Source: Candidatus Eiseniibacteriota bacterium (lineage in GTDB: Bacteria > Eisenbacteria > RBG-16-71-46 > JABDJR01). Taken from it: a stretch of DNA of 64,000 bases. The notes below the pieces were generated by a model, which had not been told where the DNA came from, searched no databases, and saw only the letters and a program-made list of their open reading frames with translations. Positions 31,577 to 41,448 of this stretch are shown in pieces. The stretch's first letter is position 1. Every line of letters begins with the position of its first letter. The position numbers and the translations under genes were made by a program. The stretch is taken from contig CAWANH010000017.1 of the NCBI GenBank assembly GCA_963783375.1, positions 64,001 through 128,000 on the forward strand, written 5' to 3'.

Positions 31577-34020
31577 TCAGCGACCGCCGCCCGCCAGCCG
31601 TTGCGACGCGTCCCGCCCCTCGGCCAGCGACTTGTCGCCGGTGTCGTCCAAGCGGATCGCCTCCTCCCACCGCCCGACCGCTTCGCCGTGGCGCCCGAGG
31701 GCGTCCAGGGCCCGGGCGTGCCAGGCGCAGGTGTAGCTGCGGAAGTAGCGGGCGGTGGGGTTACGCGGCTCGCGATCCAGGACCCAGGCGAGGGTCTCCT
31801 CGGCCTTGTCGAACCACGGCAGGGCGGCGGCGGGCCGGTCACGCCGGGCTTCGAGCTCGCCGAGGTTGGTGTAGGTGCTGGCCAGCTTGAGCCGGTAATC
31901 GACGATGGCCGGATGATCGGTCACCAGCGATGCCCGCACTGCCTGCTCCTGGTCGTAGGCCAAGGCGGAGGCCGCGTAGTCCTTCCGCAGCATCTCCACG
32001 CCGCCCAGGTTGCTGTAGAGCGCGGCCACGGTGTGCCGGTACTCCGCGCTGCGTGGGTGCCGGGCCACCAGACTGTCGCCGGAGGCGGCGGCGTCCACGA
32101 GGATGGCGCGGGCCTCGTCCAGGCGGCCCCGCCGCGCGTAGAAGGCCGACAGGTTGACCACGCTCTGCAGGACCGCCATGCGGGTGTCCGGGTCCTCCGG
32201 CGCCGCCGCGGAGATGGACCGCCGCAGCTCCAGTCCCGCCCGCAGCTTCCGTTCTGCCTCCTCCGGGTGGTCTCTCTGCTCCAGGAGCTGTCCCCAGCTG
32301 TCCAGGAGGTTGCCGTGCTGGGTCCGCGTCACCCGGTCGGTGGGGTCCTCGGCCAGGAGACTGTCCTCGACGGCGGCGGCCGTGTCGTATTCGGCGGCGG
32401 CGACATCCACCTGTCCGGACTGGGCCAGCACCAGCGCCAGATCGCCGTGGAGGCCGGCGACGCGGCGGCGGTGGTCCCGAGCGGCGCGCGCCTCGGGCGA
32501 CATGGCCGCCAGCGCCGCCAGTCCGCGCCGGTACTCCTGCTGGGAACCTTCGTTGTCCCCCACGAGCCGTGAGATGTCGCCCAGACGCTGGTGGCTGAGG
32601 GCCAGGTCCTCGCCCAGGGTCTCGTGGCCGTGCTGGCGGCCGGCCAGCTCATCGTAGAAATCCCGGGCCGTGGCCAGGAGCTTCTGCCTCAGCTCGTCCA
32701 GCCCGCCCTGGGCCAGCTCGGGGCTCTCAGCCACGTTGGTCAGGTAACGGTCCACCGCGCCCTTGGCCAGGCCGAAGTTGTCGCGGGCCTCCGCCTCCGC
32801 CGCGACTTCACGGCGGTAGCTGGAGGTTGCGCGCCCGTAGAGCACGGCCATGCCGGCGCCGAAGGCGACGATCGTCACCAGCAGCACGGCCAGGAAGACC
32901 GCCGGCACCCGGTGGCGCGCCACCAGCTTGCGCACCTGGTAGACGGTGCTCGGCGGCCGCGCGACGATGGGTTGCGAGGCCAGGAAGCGGTCCACGTCCT
33001 CGCCCAGGGCCGCGGCGCTGGCGTAGCGCCGGTCCGGTTCCTTCTCGAGGGTCTTGCCCACGATCGTCGCGACGTCGGGATCGAGCCGCACGCCCGCCCC
33101 GACCGTCCGGCCCAGCGGTCGAGGCGGCTCCTCGCAGATGACCCGCACCGCATCCAAGAGGACCGACTTGTCGAGGTCGTGCGGCCGGATCCCGGCCAGC
33201 ATCTCGTACAGGATCACGCCGAGCGCGTAGACGTCGGTGCGCACGTCGATGGCGTCGCCGTCGCCCCGGGCCTGCTCGGGGCTCATGTAGGGCAACGTGC
33301 CCTTGATGACGCCGACCTCGGTGAGCATGGACGGCGCCTGCAGATCCTGGTCGACGATCCGCGCCAACCCGAAGTCCAGGATCTTGACCGCCGGTAGCCG
33401 CAGCGCCGTCGACTCGTCGCCGGCCAGGGTTGCGTGCTCATCGGTCACGATGATGTTGGCCGGCTTGAGATCCCGATGGATCACCCCGCGCTGGTGCGCG
33501 TAGTGGACGGCCTCGCAGATGGTGCGGAACAGGCGCAGGCGGAAGCGCAGCTCGTCCCGGTCCGCGATCGCTCCGCGCGCGGCGAGGAAACCGCCGAGGG
33601 TGGGCCCCCGCACCAGTTCCATGGCGAAGAAGTGCTGTCCGTCCCCGGTGTGTCCCGACTCGTAGACGGCGCCGATGTTCGGGTGCTTCAGCCGCGCGAG
33701 GGTCTCGGCCTCGCGCCGGAACGACCGCACGGTCGCGGCGTCCACGAACTGACCCCCGCGGATGACTTTGAGCGCGACACGGCGGGTGGGAGACTGCTGC
33801 TCGGCTTCATACACCACCCCCATGCCTCCCCGTCCCAGCACGCCGAGGATGCGGTAGGGGCCGATCGCCTCGGGAGGCGACGGCGCCGCGTCGGCGGAGA
33901 GGTCGGCGCTCGAATCGACGGTGGGCATGGCCGCCCGGCGGGAGATGGCGTGGCGAAGGTCTCCTCGTCGGAGAACCGCCTTGATCCCGGCTCCGGATCG
34001 GGCGTCGGTTTATCCGGCAA
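31577..34020 (-). CDS. Ser/Thr protein kinase with TM helix and TPR-like C-terminus; probable 1-bp frameshift near 33934 (track ORF starts at 33928)
   Basis: GRGGMGVVY, VALKVI, HRDLKPAN, DFGLA, GTLPYMSPEQ, DVYALG. TTG 34020 has a GGAGG RBS and encodes MPDKPTPDPEPGSRRFSDEETFATP in a shifted frame. Confidence 0.88.
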
Positions 34021-34128
34021 TGGTGTCCTCCCGTGTCTCGGATCCGGGTGCGGTCCGGGACCACCGGTCCTCGAACCGACCGGCTGCCCCGCTTCGACGA
34101 CGCTCCCGGCGCCGCGCCCGCGGTTCGG

Positions 34129-37100
34129 TTACTCCCGCTTCCAGTCCGGGAGCCGCCCCGGAGTCCAGGGCGCCCCCGCCGCCTCGGCCTTCTGCTCCAG
34201 GCCCTTGAGGTCCACCTCGATCAACGTTCGCAGCTTCCCCAGCACGTCCTCGAACTGCGCGGCGGCGATGTCGTAGTTCTCCCGGTGGGTCCTGGTGGGG
34301 GCCGAGGTGGACTCCCATTCCCCTCCCACGATCCGGTTCACCCGCTGGGTGATCGACGGGGAGGTCGGCTCCTGGCGCTTTCGCACCGTCTTGTCCCCGG
34401 TGAGGACGGTCATGAGGTCGTCCAGCCGGATCTCCAGGGCGCGGGTCTCCTCCAGGAGAGAAGGATCGGCTCCGGGGGCCTCGGCCAAGGCGCGCTTCAG
34501 GTAGTCGAGCCGGGTCTTGGCTTCGCCCGCCGCTTTCACCGCCCCCAACACCGCCCGCTGCAACCGGGCGGTGGATTCCTGGAAGGCCACCAGCGCGTTG
34601 CGATCCGTGGCCGGGAGCGTGCTCCGGCCCACCGGGGACGCCTTGAACGACTGGGGTCCGGCGAGCGGGGTCTCCTCGCCGTTTCGAAGGAGAGCCATCG
34701 AGACCGAGTAGGTCCCGGGAGCGGCCAGCGGCCCCTTGGGGGCGCGCCAGGACTCCTCGCCGGAGGAGGGCGGCTTCAAGCCCACCGGATTGGGCGCCGG
34801 ATAGCGGAGGTCCCAGGCCACCCGATGGAACCCGGCGGACACCGGGCCGGCGATCCGGCGGACGACGTTCCCGTCGGTATCGGCGACGGTGAGAACCACC
34901 TCGGGCTTGGTCTCCCGGTCCTCGGCCCGGAGCGAATCCCACGGCGGGTAGTAGACCGGTTTCCCCTCCTTCACCAGCTTCTTCTCCCGGGCTTCCCGCT
35001 CCTCCTTCCGGGTCTTGAACGGGTCCCTGAGGTAGTAGGTGAACACCGCGCCGAACGGGGGATTGGGGGCGGTGAAGAACGCGTCGCCCAGGCTCCCCTT
35101 CTCCTTTCCGCCGTAGGGGGTGGCGGGAACGTACATGGGGGCGTCGCGGACCGGGAGGAGCGCCGCTTTCCGGGCCAGGAACGCCTCGTTCACCGAGCGG
35201 AGGGGCGTATAGTCGTCGAGAATGTAGAACCCCCGGCCGAACGTGCCGGCCACCAGGTCGTTCTCCCGGCGCTGAACGGCCAGATCGAACACCGCGATGG
35301 TGGGCATCCCGCCCTCGAGCTTCACCCACCGCTTCCCGCGGTCCACGGTGAAGAAGAGCCCGAATTCGGTTCCCGCGAAGAGGAGATCGGGATCCTTCCC
35401 GTCCTCGGCCAGGGAGTAGACCGTGCCTCGCGGGGGGAGATCGCCGCCGATCGGGGACCAGTTGCGGCCGCGGTTCGCGCTCACGAAGAGGTACGGCTTG
35501 AAATCTCCCGCCTTGTGGTTGTCGAACGCCGCGTAGACCCGGTCCGGATCCGCCTGTGAGGCCAGGATCCGCGAGACGTAGGCCCGGTCCGGGACGCCGG
35601 AGATCTTCTCGATCTTCCGCCAGGTCTTCCCGCCGTCCTCGGAGACCTGGATCAGGCCGTCGTCGGTCCCGACGTACAGGAGGCCCTCGGTGAGCGGCGA
35701 CTCGTCCACGGTGACGATCGTGCCGTAGACCGAGGTGGAGGTGTTCTTGGCCACCGCGTCCACGCTCCAGACCCGGCCCATGATCGGGAGCCGGTTCCGG
35801 TCGAGGTTCCGGGTGAGGTCGGGGCTCACCGGGGTCCAGGAATCTCCCCGGTCGTCGCTTCGGAAGAGCCGCTGGGCCCCGAAGTAGAGCCGGGTGGGGG
35901 AGTGGGGGCTCACGAAGAGGGGCGCGCTCCAGTTCCAGCGGAGCGGCGCGTCGCCGGCGCCGGGTTGAGGCTGGATGTCGATCGCCTCGCCGTTCCGGCG
36001 GTCGTAGCGCACCAGTCCCCCGTACTGGGACTCCGAGTACACGATGTTCGGGTCCTTGGGGTCGATCGCGGCCTGGAACCCGTCTCCCCCCACGGTCCGG
36101 AACCAGTCGGCGTTGGTGATCCCGTGGACGGTGTTGGTGCGCGAGGGCCCGCCCAGGGTATTGTTGTCCTGGGTTCCCCCGTAGACGTGATAGAAGGGCC
36201 GGTCGTCGTCCACCGCGATCTTGTAGAACTGGGTGATCGGGAGGTTGGCCTTGAACTCCCAGGCCCGGCCCCGGTCCCAGGTCTCGTACAGCCCGCCGTC
36301 GCATCCCGCCACCAGGTGGTCGGTGTCGGCGGGATCGATCCAGAGCGCGTGGTTGTCCACGTGCTTGTACTTCGCCGGCACCCGCGTGAAGGTGGCGCCC
36401 CCGTCCTCGGTCACCATCAGATGGGTGTCCAGGGAGTAGACCCGCTCGGGGTTGTCGGGGTCGGGCACCAGCTCCTGGTAGTACTGGGGGCTGGAGGAGA
36501 TGTAGTCGTTCATCTTCTTCCAGTGGCCCCCGGCGTCGCGGCTCCGGAAGAACCCGCCTTCCTTCCCCGAGGCCTCGACGATCGCGTACACCACGTCCGG
36601 GTTCGACGGCGCGATCGCGAGCCCGATCCGGCCCAGGTCCCCCTTGGGAAGGCCGTTGGTGAGCTTCGACCAGGTCGCTCCGCCGTCGGTGCTCTTGTAC
36701 AACGCCGATTCGGGGCCGCCGTCGACCAGGGTCCACACCGTCCGCCCGCGCTGATAGGCCGAGGCGTACATGACGTCGGGGTTCCGGGGGTCGAGGACCA
36801 GGTCGCTCACCCCGGCCCACTTGCCGGGGGAGAGAATGCGACGTCCAGGTCTTGCCGCCGTCGTCGGTCTTGTAGAGGCCGCGGTCGCCGCCTCCCGACC
36901 ACAACGGGCCCTGGGCGGCCACGTACACCACCTCGGAATTCCGGGGGTCGATCACGATCTTCCCGATGTGCTCGGAATGCTCCAGGCCGACGCGCGTCCA
37001 TCCCGTCCCCCCGTCCACCGACTTGTAGACGCCGTCCCCGTAGCTCACGCTCCGCTGGCTGTTGTTCTCCCCGGTGCCGACCCAGACCGTGAGCGGGTTC

Positions 37101-37452
37101 TTCGGATCCACGGCGACGCAGCCGATGGAGTAGGAGCCGGCGGTGTCGAAAACCGCCTCCCACGTCGTGCCCGCGTTGTCGGTCCTCCAGACGCCCCCCG
37201 AGGCCGCGGCCACGAACCAGACGTCGGGCTTTCGCGGATCGACGGCGATGTCGCCCACCCGGCCGGAGTTCATGGCGGGGCCGATGCCGCGTAAGGTGAG
37301 ACCCTTGAAGGTGGAGGGTTTCATCGGGTCCTCGGTCTTCTTATCCGAGGCCCCGGCGGGGAGCGCGGCGCGGCCAGGGTCAGGGCGGCGGCGAGAGCCG
37401 CGGCGAGGGCGAAGGCCGGGGCGGGCGGGAACGGGCGGGCGAACGGTCGCAT
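34129..37452 (-). CDS. Secreted VPS10/BNR-repeat beta-propeller protein (sortilin-like/glycosyl hydrolase-like); two apparent frameshifts (~37370, ~36841)
   Basis: ATG 37452 after GAGGAGG gives signal peptide [27 protein letters not shown]; [28 protein letters not shown]; many SxDGGxTW Asp-boxes; GG(T)QDN; [12 protein letters not shown]. Confidence 0.85.
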
Positions 37453-37632
37453 CGATCTTCCTCCTCACGAGTCGCGGGCCGGGGCGCGCGGGAGCGGCCG
37501 GGCCCGGCCCCGGCGGCGGGCCCGCGGCATTGTACCGGATGACGGAGCGCGGTGCATGCCGGCCGGCGGTTCATCCCGATGCCCGTGGGGCGCGGCCTTG
37601 GGGCCGGTGTCCTTTCGTCTCGGCGCTCGCGT

Positions 37633-37895
37633 GCCCGGCCCGGGTCGTCGCGGCCATGCCCCGATCCTCCTCGGGCGCGAGCGCTCGGACCGTCCACCGG
37701 ACGCTCACTCGCGCTCTCCCGCCCGGCCCGGGTCGTCGCGGCCATGCCCCGATCCTCCTCGGGCGCGAGCGCTCGGACCGTCCACCGGACGCTCACTCGC
37801 GCTCTCCCGCCCGGCCCGGGTCGTCGCGGCCATGCCCCGATCCTCCTCGGGCGCGAGCGCTCGGACCGTCCACCGGACGCTCACTCGCGCTCTCC
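37633..37895. repeat. Perfect tandem repeat, 3 x 88 bp, hairpin-rich, bracketed by inverted flanks (REP/MITE-like)
   Basis: Units start at 37633, 37721 and 37809; internal stems CGTCC-ACC-GGACG and GCGCGAG...CTCGCGC; flanks TTTCGTC (37613-37619) and GACGAAA (37899-37905). Confidence 0.9.
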
Positions 37896-38094
37896 TTCGA
37901 CGAAACGGGGCCCGTTCACTCGGCCACCGCGAACCTGGGGGCAGTGCAAATCATGCCCGTTCACTCCCATTTCGTCGAAGAGACCACTTCGTCGGATCGG
38001 GGCAGGTGTCCGCTCCTTCCGGGTCGGGCACCCGGAGTCCAGGATGGGGGGCAGGGCCGGCCCATCCGGCCCCCCCCGGGATCGTGGCCGCCGT

Positions 38095-38857
38095 GCTTCC
38101 CCGGGGAAGCAATGTTCGCAATAAAGGTGGCGCGATGGGACCTGCGAGCGCTCAGCCGTCGAACGTTCGAGCGGCCCGGGTTCCATCGGAGCCGCGGGCG
38201 GGGGCACGGACGCTTCCCCGGGGAAGCAATGTTCGCAATAAAGGTGGCGCGAACGGACCCGCGCCCCCGTCGGCCGCCGGTCACCGCGTCGCGCTAAAAA
38301 AGCTATCTTGCACCAAGTGTACCCGGGTACTCGAGAATACAAACTCACGGGTTGTGGGAAACGCGGGCGGTGCCCGCGACCAAAGATCACCCGGGTACAC
38401 TGCCGCGCGTAGGTCCAGGCCGTCTCGTTGGCGGGCGGGGACACGGATGCTTCCCCGGGGAAGCAATGTTCGCAATAAGGCGCCGGTCGTGTTCCGCCGC
38501 TCAAACGGAGCTCGCAATCAGGGGTTCGGGATGGATGGAGCGCGAACCAGCCCCGACGCCGGTTTCGCCGTCGAGCGGACAACCCGCGCGTTTGGCAGGC
38601 AGCCCCGGGCGGAGTTGCACCCGGGTGCAAAACGTTCACAAAGAATGGTTCCGCTGGTGTTCCCCCAGGTGAACAGGGTTCGCAATAGAGTCCCGCGCAC
38701 GCGCCCCGCAGGGAGGCCCCGGCGTGCTTCCCCGGGGAAGCAATGTTCGCAATAGAGCGCCGGTCGTGTTCCGCCGCTCAAACGGAGCTCGCAATCAGGG
38801 GTTCAAGGACAGCGGGGGCCGCTCCGGGGCCGGCCGAGGAAGTTCACCCGGGTGAAC
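38095..38857. repeat. Cluster of 29-bp units built on 16-bp CCCGGG-centred palindromes
   Basis: GCTTCCCCGGGGAAGCAATGTTCGCAATA exact at 38095, 38212, 38449 and 38726; variants at 38317, 38385, 38491, 38615, 38659, 38768 and 38842. Confidence 0.88.
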
Positions 38858-38957
38858 CGTGGCCGTACCCCGGACCTGCCACGATTCCGCGCGCACGGTC
38901 CCCGGGCGGGACCGCCCGTCTCGGACGGACTACCCCGGACGAACTACCCTGCCCCGG

Positions 38958-40151
38958 CTACTCCGGCCGTGGGGCGCCCTTCCGGCTCCCGGCGTAGATC
39001 TCGAAGAGGAGGAACCGGAGCGCCAGGGACCCGCCGCCCACCGCCAGGCGACGCTTCGGCTTGAGCCCGACCGCCTTCTCCAGCCCGCCGCGGGGGAGCA
39101 CCAGGGCCAGGCGCGTTCCGGTAGCGTGATGCTTCACCCGGTGGACGAACTCGCGGAGGAGTTCGGCGGCGCTTTCGCGGTCGGAGAGGCGTTCGCCGTA
39201 GGGGGGATTGCTCACGATCCACCCACCGCCGGCTTCGATGGAGAGCGCCTCCCGCCGTTCGAGGCGCACCGCGCGCGCCACACCGGCTTTCGCCGCGTTG
39301 CCCCGGGCCACCGCCAGGGTGGTCTCCGAAACGTCGGAGCCTCGGATGGGGTGGGGTGGGGCCGGCAGGCTTTCCGCGGCCGCCCGCTCGAGTTCCCGTT
39401 CCAGGGGCCGCGCGCACTCCGGGAAGAGCCGATGGGCCGCGAATCCGCGGGCCGGCCGGAGGAGCCCCGGCGCCCGCCGCGTGGCGATGAGCGCGGCTTC
39501 GATGACCAGGGTGCCGCTCCCGCAGAAGGGATCGGTGAAGAGTTCGCTCCCGTCGTAGCCGGCGAAGCGGAGGAGCGCGGCGGCCCGGTTCTCGCGCAGG
39601 GGGGCTTCGGCCCCTTCCTCGCGATAGCCGCGGCGGTGGAGCGGCTCCCCCGAGAGATCGACCGAGAGCTCGCATCGCCCCCGGTGGAAGAACGCGGTGA
39701 GCCGGACGTCGGGATCGCGGCGATCCACGTCGGGACGGGGGAGTCCCCGGTGACGGAACTCGTCGCAGATCGCGTCCTTGATCTTGAGCGGGGCGAAGGA
39801 GAGCTTGTAGTCGGTTCCCTCGACGCTCCCGGCGGCGTGGATGGCGATCGAGCGCGAAGGGGGAAAGAGGTCCGGCCAGGGGATCCGGCGCACCTGGTCG
39901 TAGAGCATGGCCTGGTGGCGCGCCGAGAACTCGCGGAGGGAGAGGAGAAGCCGGGAGGCGATCCGGGAGCGCACCATCACCCGGGCCGCCGCGGCCCAAT
40001 CGCCGTCGAGCACCAGGGGCCCGCCCGGGGTCGGCTCGGGCTCGAGGCCGAACTCGCGGAGCTCGTCGAGCAGCAGCGCTTCCAGACCGGGCACGGTGGT
40101 GACCAGGAATCGGTGGGGGCCGGCGAGGGTCGCTTTCCGGGATCTGGGCAC
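38958..40151 (-). CDS. rlmL: THUMP-domain rRNA guanine methyltransferase (RlmL-like)
   Basis: GLEALL..EL, SRIASRL, IKDAICD, DLSGEPLHRRGYR, APLREN, DPFCGSGT, NPPYGERL. Confidence 0.85.
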   Translation of the reverse strand: MPRSRKATLAGPHRFLVTTVPGLEALLLDELREFGLEPEPTPGGPLVLDGDWAAAARVMVRSRIASRLLLSLREFSARHQAMLYDQVRRIPWPDLFPPSRSIAIHAAGSVEGTDYKLSFAPLKIKDAICDEFRHRGLPRPDVDRRDPDVRLTAFFHRGRCELSVDLSGEPLHRRGYREEGAEAPLRENRAAALLRFAGYDGSELFTDPFCGSGTLVIEAALIATRRAPGLLRPARGFAAHRLFPECARPLERELERAAAESLPAPPHPIRGSDVSETTLAVARGNAAKAGVARAVRLERREALSIEAGGGWIVSNPPYGERLSDRESAAELLREFVHRVKHHATGTRLALVLPRGGLEKAVGLKPKRRLAVGGGSLALRFLLFEIYAGSRKGAPRPE

Positions 40152-40360
40152 GGGGTCTCCGGGGTACGGGTTCAGGCGATCGCCGGGCCGCTCGACCCCG
40201 GTCGGATCGAGACACGAAGGGGACGAGCCGCTTCGTGGCAAGGCGATGGGCCGCGCTCTCCGGATAGTGCGCCCGAAGGTGGCCTTCTTCAAGGGCGATG
40301 CGGCCTCCCATCGGGAGCCTCCCCGGCGGAGTCCGAAACCGAGGCGCCCGAACCCCGTTG

Positions 40361-40407
40361 CTTCATTGTGCAAAGTACTTGACGGAGCCAGACGGCTCGC
40401 CTATCTT
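40361..40407 (+). promoter_or_regulatory. Promoter with adjacent imperfect palindrome (candidate operator)
   Basis: CTTCATTGTGCAAAG (40361-40375) next to TTGACG (40379-40384), 17-bp spacer, TATCTT (40402-40407); ATG 6 nt downstream. Confidence 0.55.
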
Positions 40408-40413
40408 CCCCCC

Positions 40414-41007
40414 ATGGCGATCACCCCTCCGACCCCCGCGCTCCACGACCGGGCGGCCGAGAACCTCCGTTTCATCCGCGACACCATGACGCGCTCCGCC
40501 GCGTTCACCGCGGTCCCCGGATGGGGGGGGATGGCCATGGGGGCCACCGCCCTGGGCGCGGCCGCGCTCGCCCATCGCCAACCCACTCCCGCCCGCTGGC
40601 TGGCGGTCTGGCTGGCCGCCGCCGCGCTGGCCTTTCTCACCGGGGCGCTCTTCATGCGGCGGAAGGCCCTGGTCTCGGGCATCCCGCTTCTGGCCGGGGC
40701 GGGGCGGCGCTTCGTGCTGGCCACCGCCCCGCCGCTCCTGGCCGGCGCGCTCCTGACCGCGGCCCTGGCCGACCGGTCCCGGTACGAGCTCCTTCCCGCG
40801 GTCTGGCTCCTTCTCTACGGGACCGGGGTGGCCACCGGGGGCTCGGCCTCGATCCGGATCATCCCCCTCATGGGGATCTGCTTCATGCTCCTGGGGGCGG
40901 CCGCCCTGGTCGCGCCCGAGACCTGGGGGGACCCCTTCATGGCCGCGGGGTTCGGCGGGCTCCAGCTCGTGTTCGGAGCGGTCATCGCGCGGAGGCACGG
41001 TGGCTAG
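40414..41007 (+). CDS. Multi-TM membrane protein typically paired with a wHTH regulator
   Basis: AAENLRFIRDTM..S N-terminal motif, about 6 TM helices, GFGGLQLVFG; overlaps the regulator gene. Confidence 0.75.
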   Translation: MAITPPTPALHDRAAENLRFIRDTMTRSAAFTAVPGWGGMAMGATALGAAALAHRQPTPARWLAVWLAAAALAFLTGALFMRRKALVSGIPLLAGAGRRFVLATAPPLLAGALLTAALADRSRYELLPAVWLLLYGTGVATGGSASIRIIPLMGICFMLLGAAALVAPETWGDPFMAAGFGGLQLVFGAVIARRHGG

Positions 41008-41371
41008 GCGCGCCGCCGCCCGCCGCGCGACCGGGTCCGTCCGGGGGGAGCGGAGCGCGCGCGCGCTCCCTCGCCGGGCCCTCGATCTCGACCGGCTGAT
41101 CCACGAGCGGGTCCGGCTGGGCATCGTGAGCGCCCTCGCCGTGAACGTGTCCCTCACCTTCAACGAGCTTCGAAGCCTCCTGGAGACCACCGACGGCAAC
41201 CTCAGCGTCCACGCCCGGAAGCTCGAGGAAGCGGGCTATCTCGTCTGCACCAAGTCCTTCGAAGGGAGAAAGCCCAAGTCGGAGTACCGGCTCACCGAGA
41301 CCGGCCGGCGCGCGCTGGACCGCTACCTGAAACACATGGAAGCCCTCATCCGGACCACCCGGGAGGCATGA
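41000..41371 (+). CDS. Winged-helix transcriptional regulator (HTH_34/ArsR-MarR-like)
   Basis: LIHERVRLGIVSAL, FNEL...TDGNLSVH..KLEEAGY, K.F.GRKP..Y.LT..GR. Confidence 0.9.
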   Translation: MARRAAARRATGSVRGERSARALPRRALDLDRLIHERVRLGIVSALAVNVSLTFNELRSLLETTDGNLSVHARKLEEAGYLVCTKSFEGRKPKSEYRLTETGRRALDRYLKHMEALIRTTREA

Positions 41372-41448
41372 TCGACGGGCGGCCCGGGATTCGCTGATCG
41401 CCACCCAAGGCCTCCGCAACCCCGCCCACCGCGCTACAATCGCCGGTC

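Noticed and set aside
37613-37906. Hammerhead ribozyme suggested by GACGAAA(C)
   Set aside because: No CUGAnGA core at a suitable position on either strand.
38095-38857. Canonical CRISPR array (29-bp hairpin repeat)
   Set aside because: Gaps between exact copies are irregular (88, 208, 248 bp), inter-repeat sequences are partly duplicated rather than unique, and there are no cas genes in the window.
37143-38997. Track ORFs across the repeat region (e.g. 37556-38755, 37143-38297, 37881-38639)
   Set aside because: They have Arg/Pro/Gly-rich shadow composition and no RBS or domain motifs, and the 88-bp period breaks frame. Some unit spacings are multiples of 3, so a decayed repeat protein is not fully excluded.
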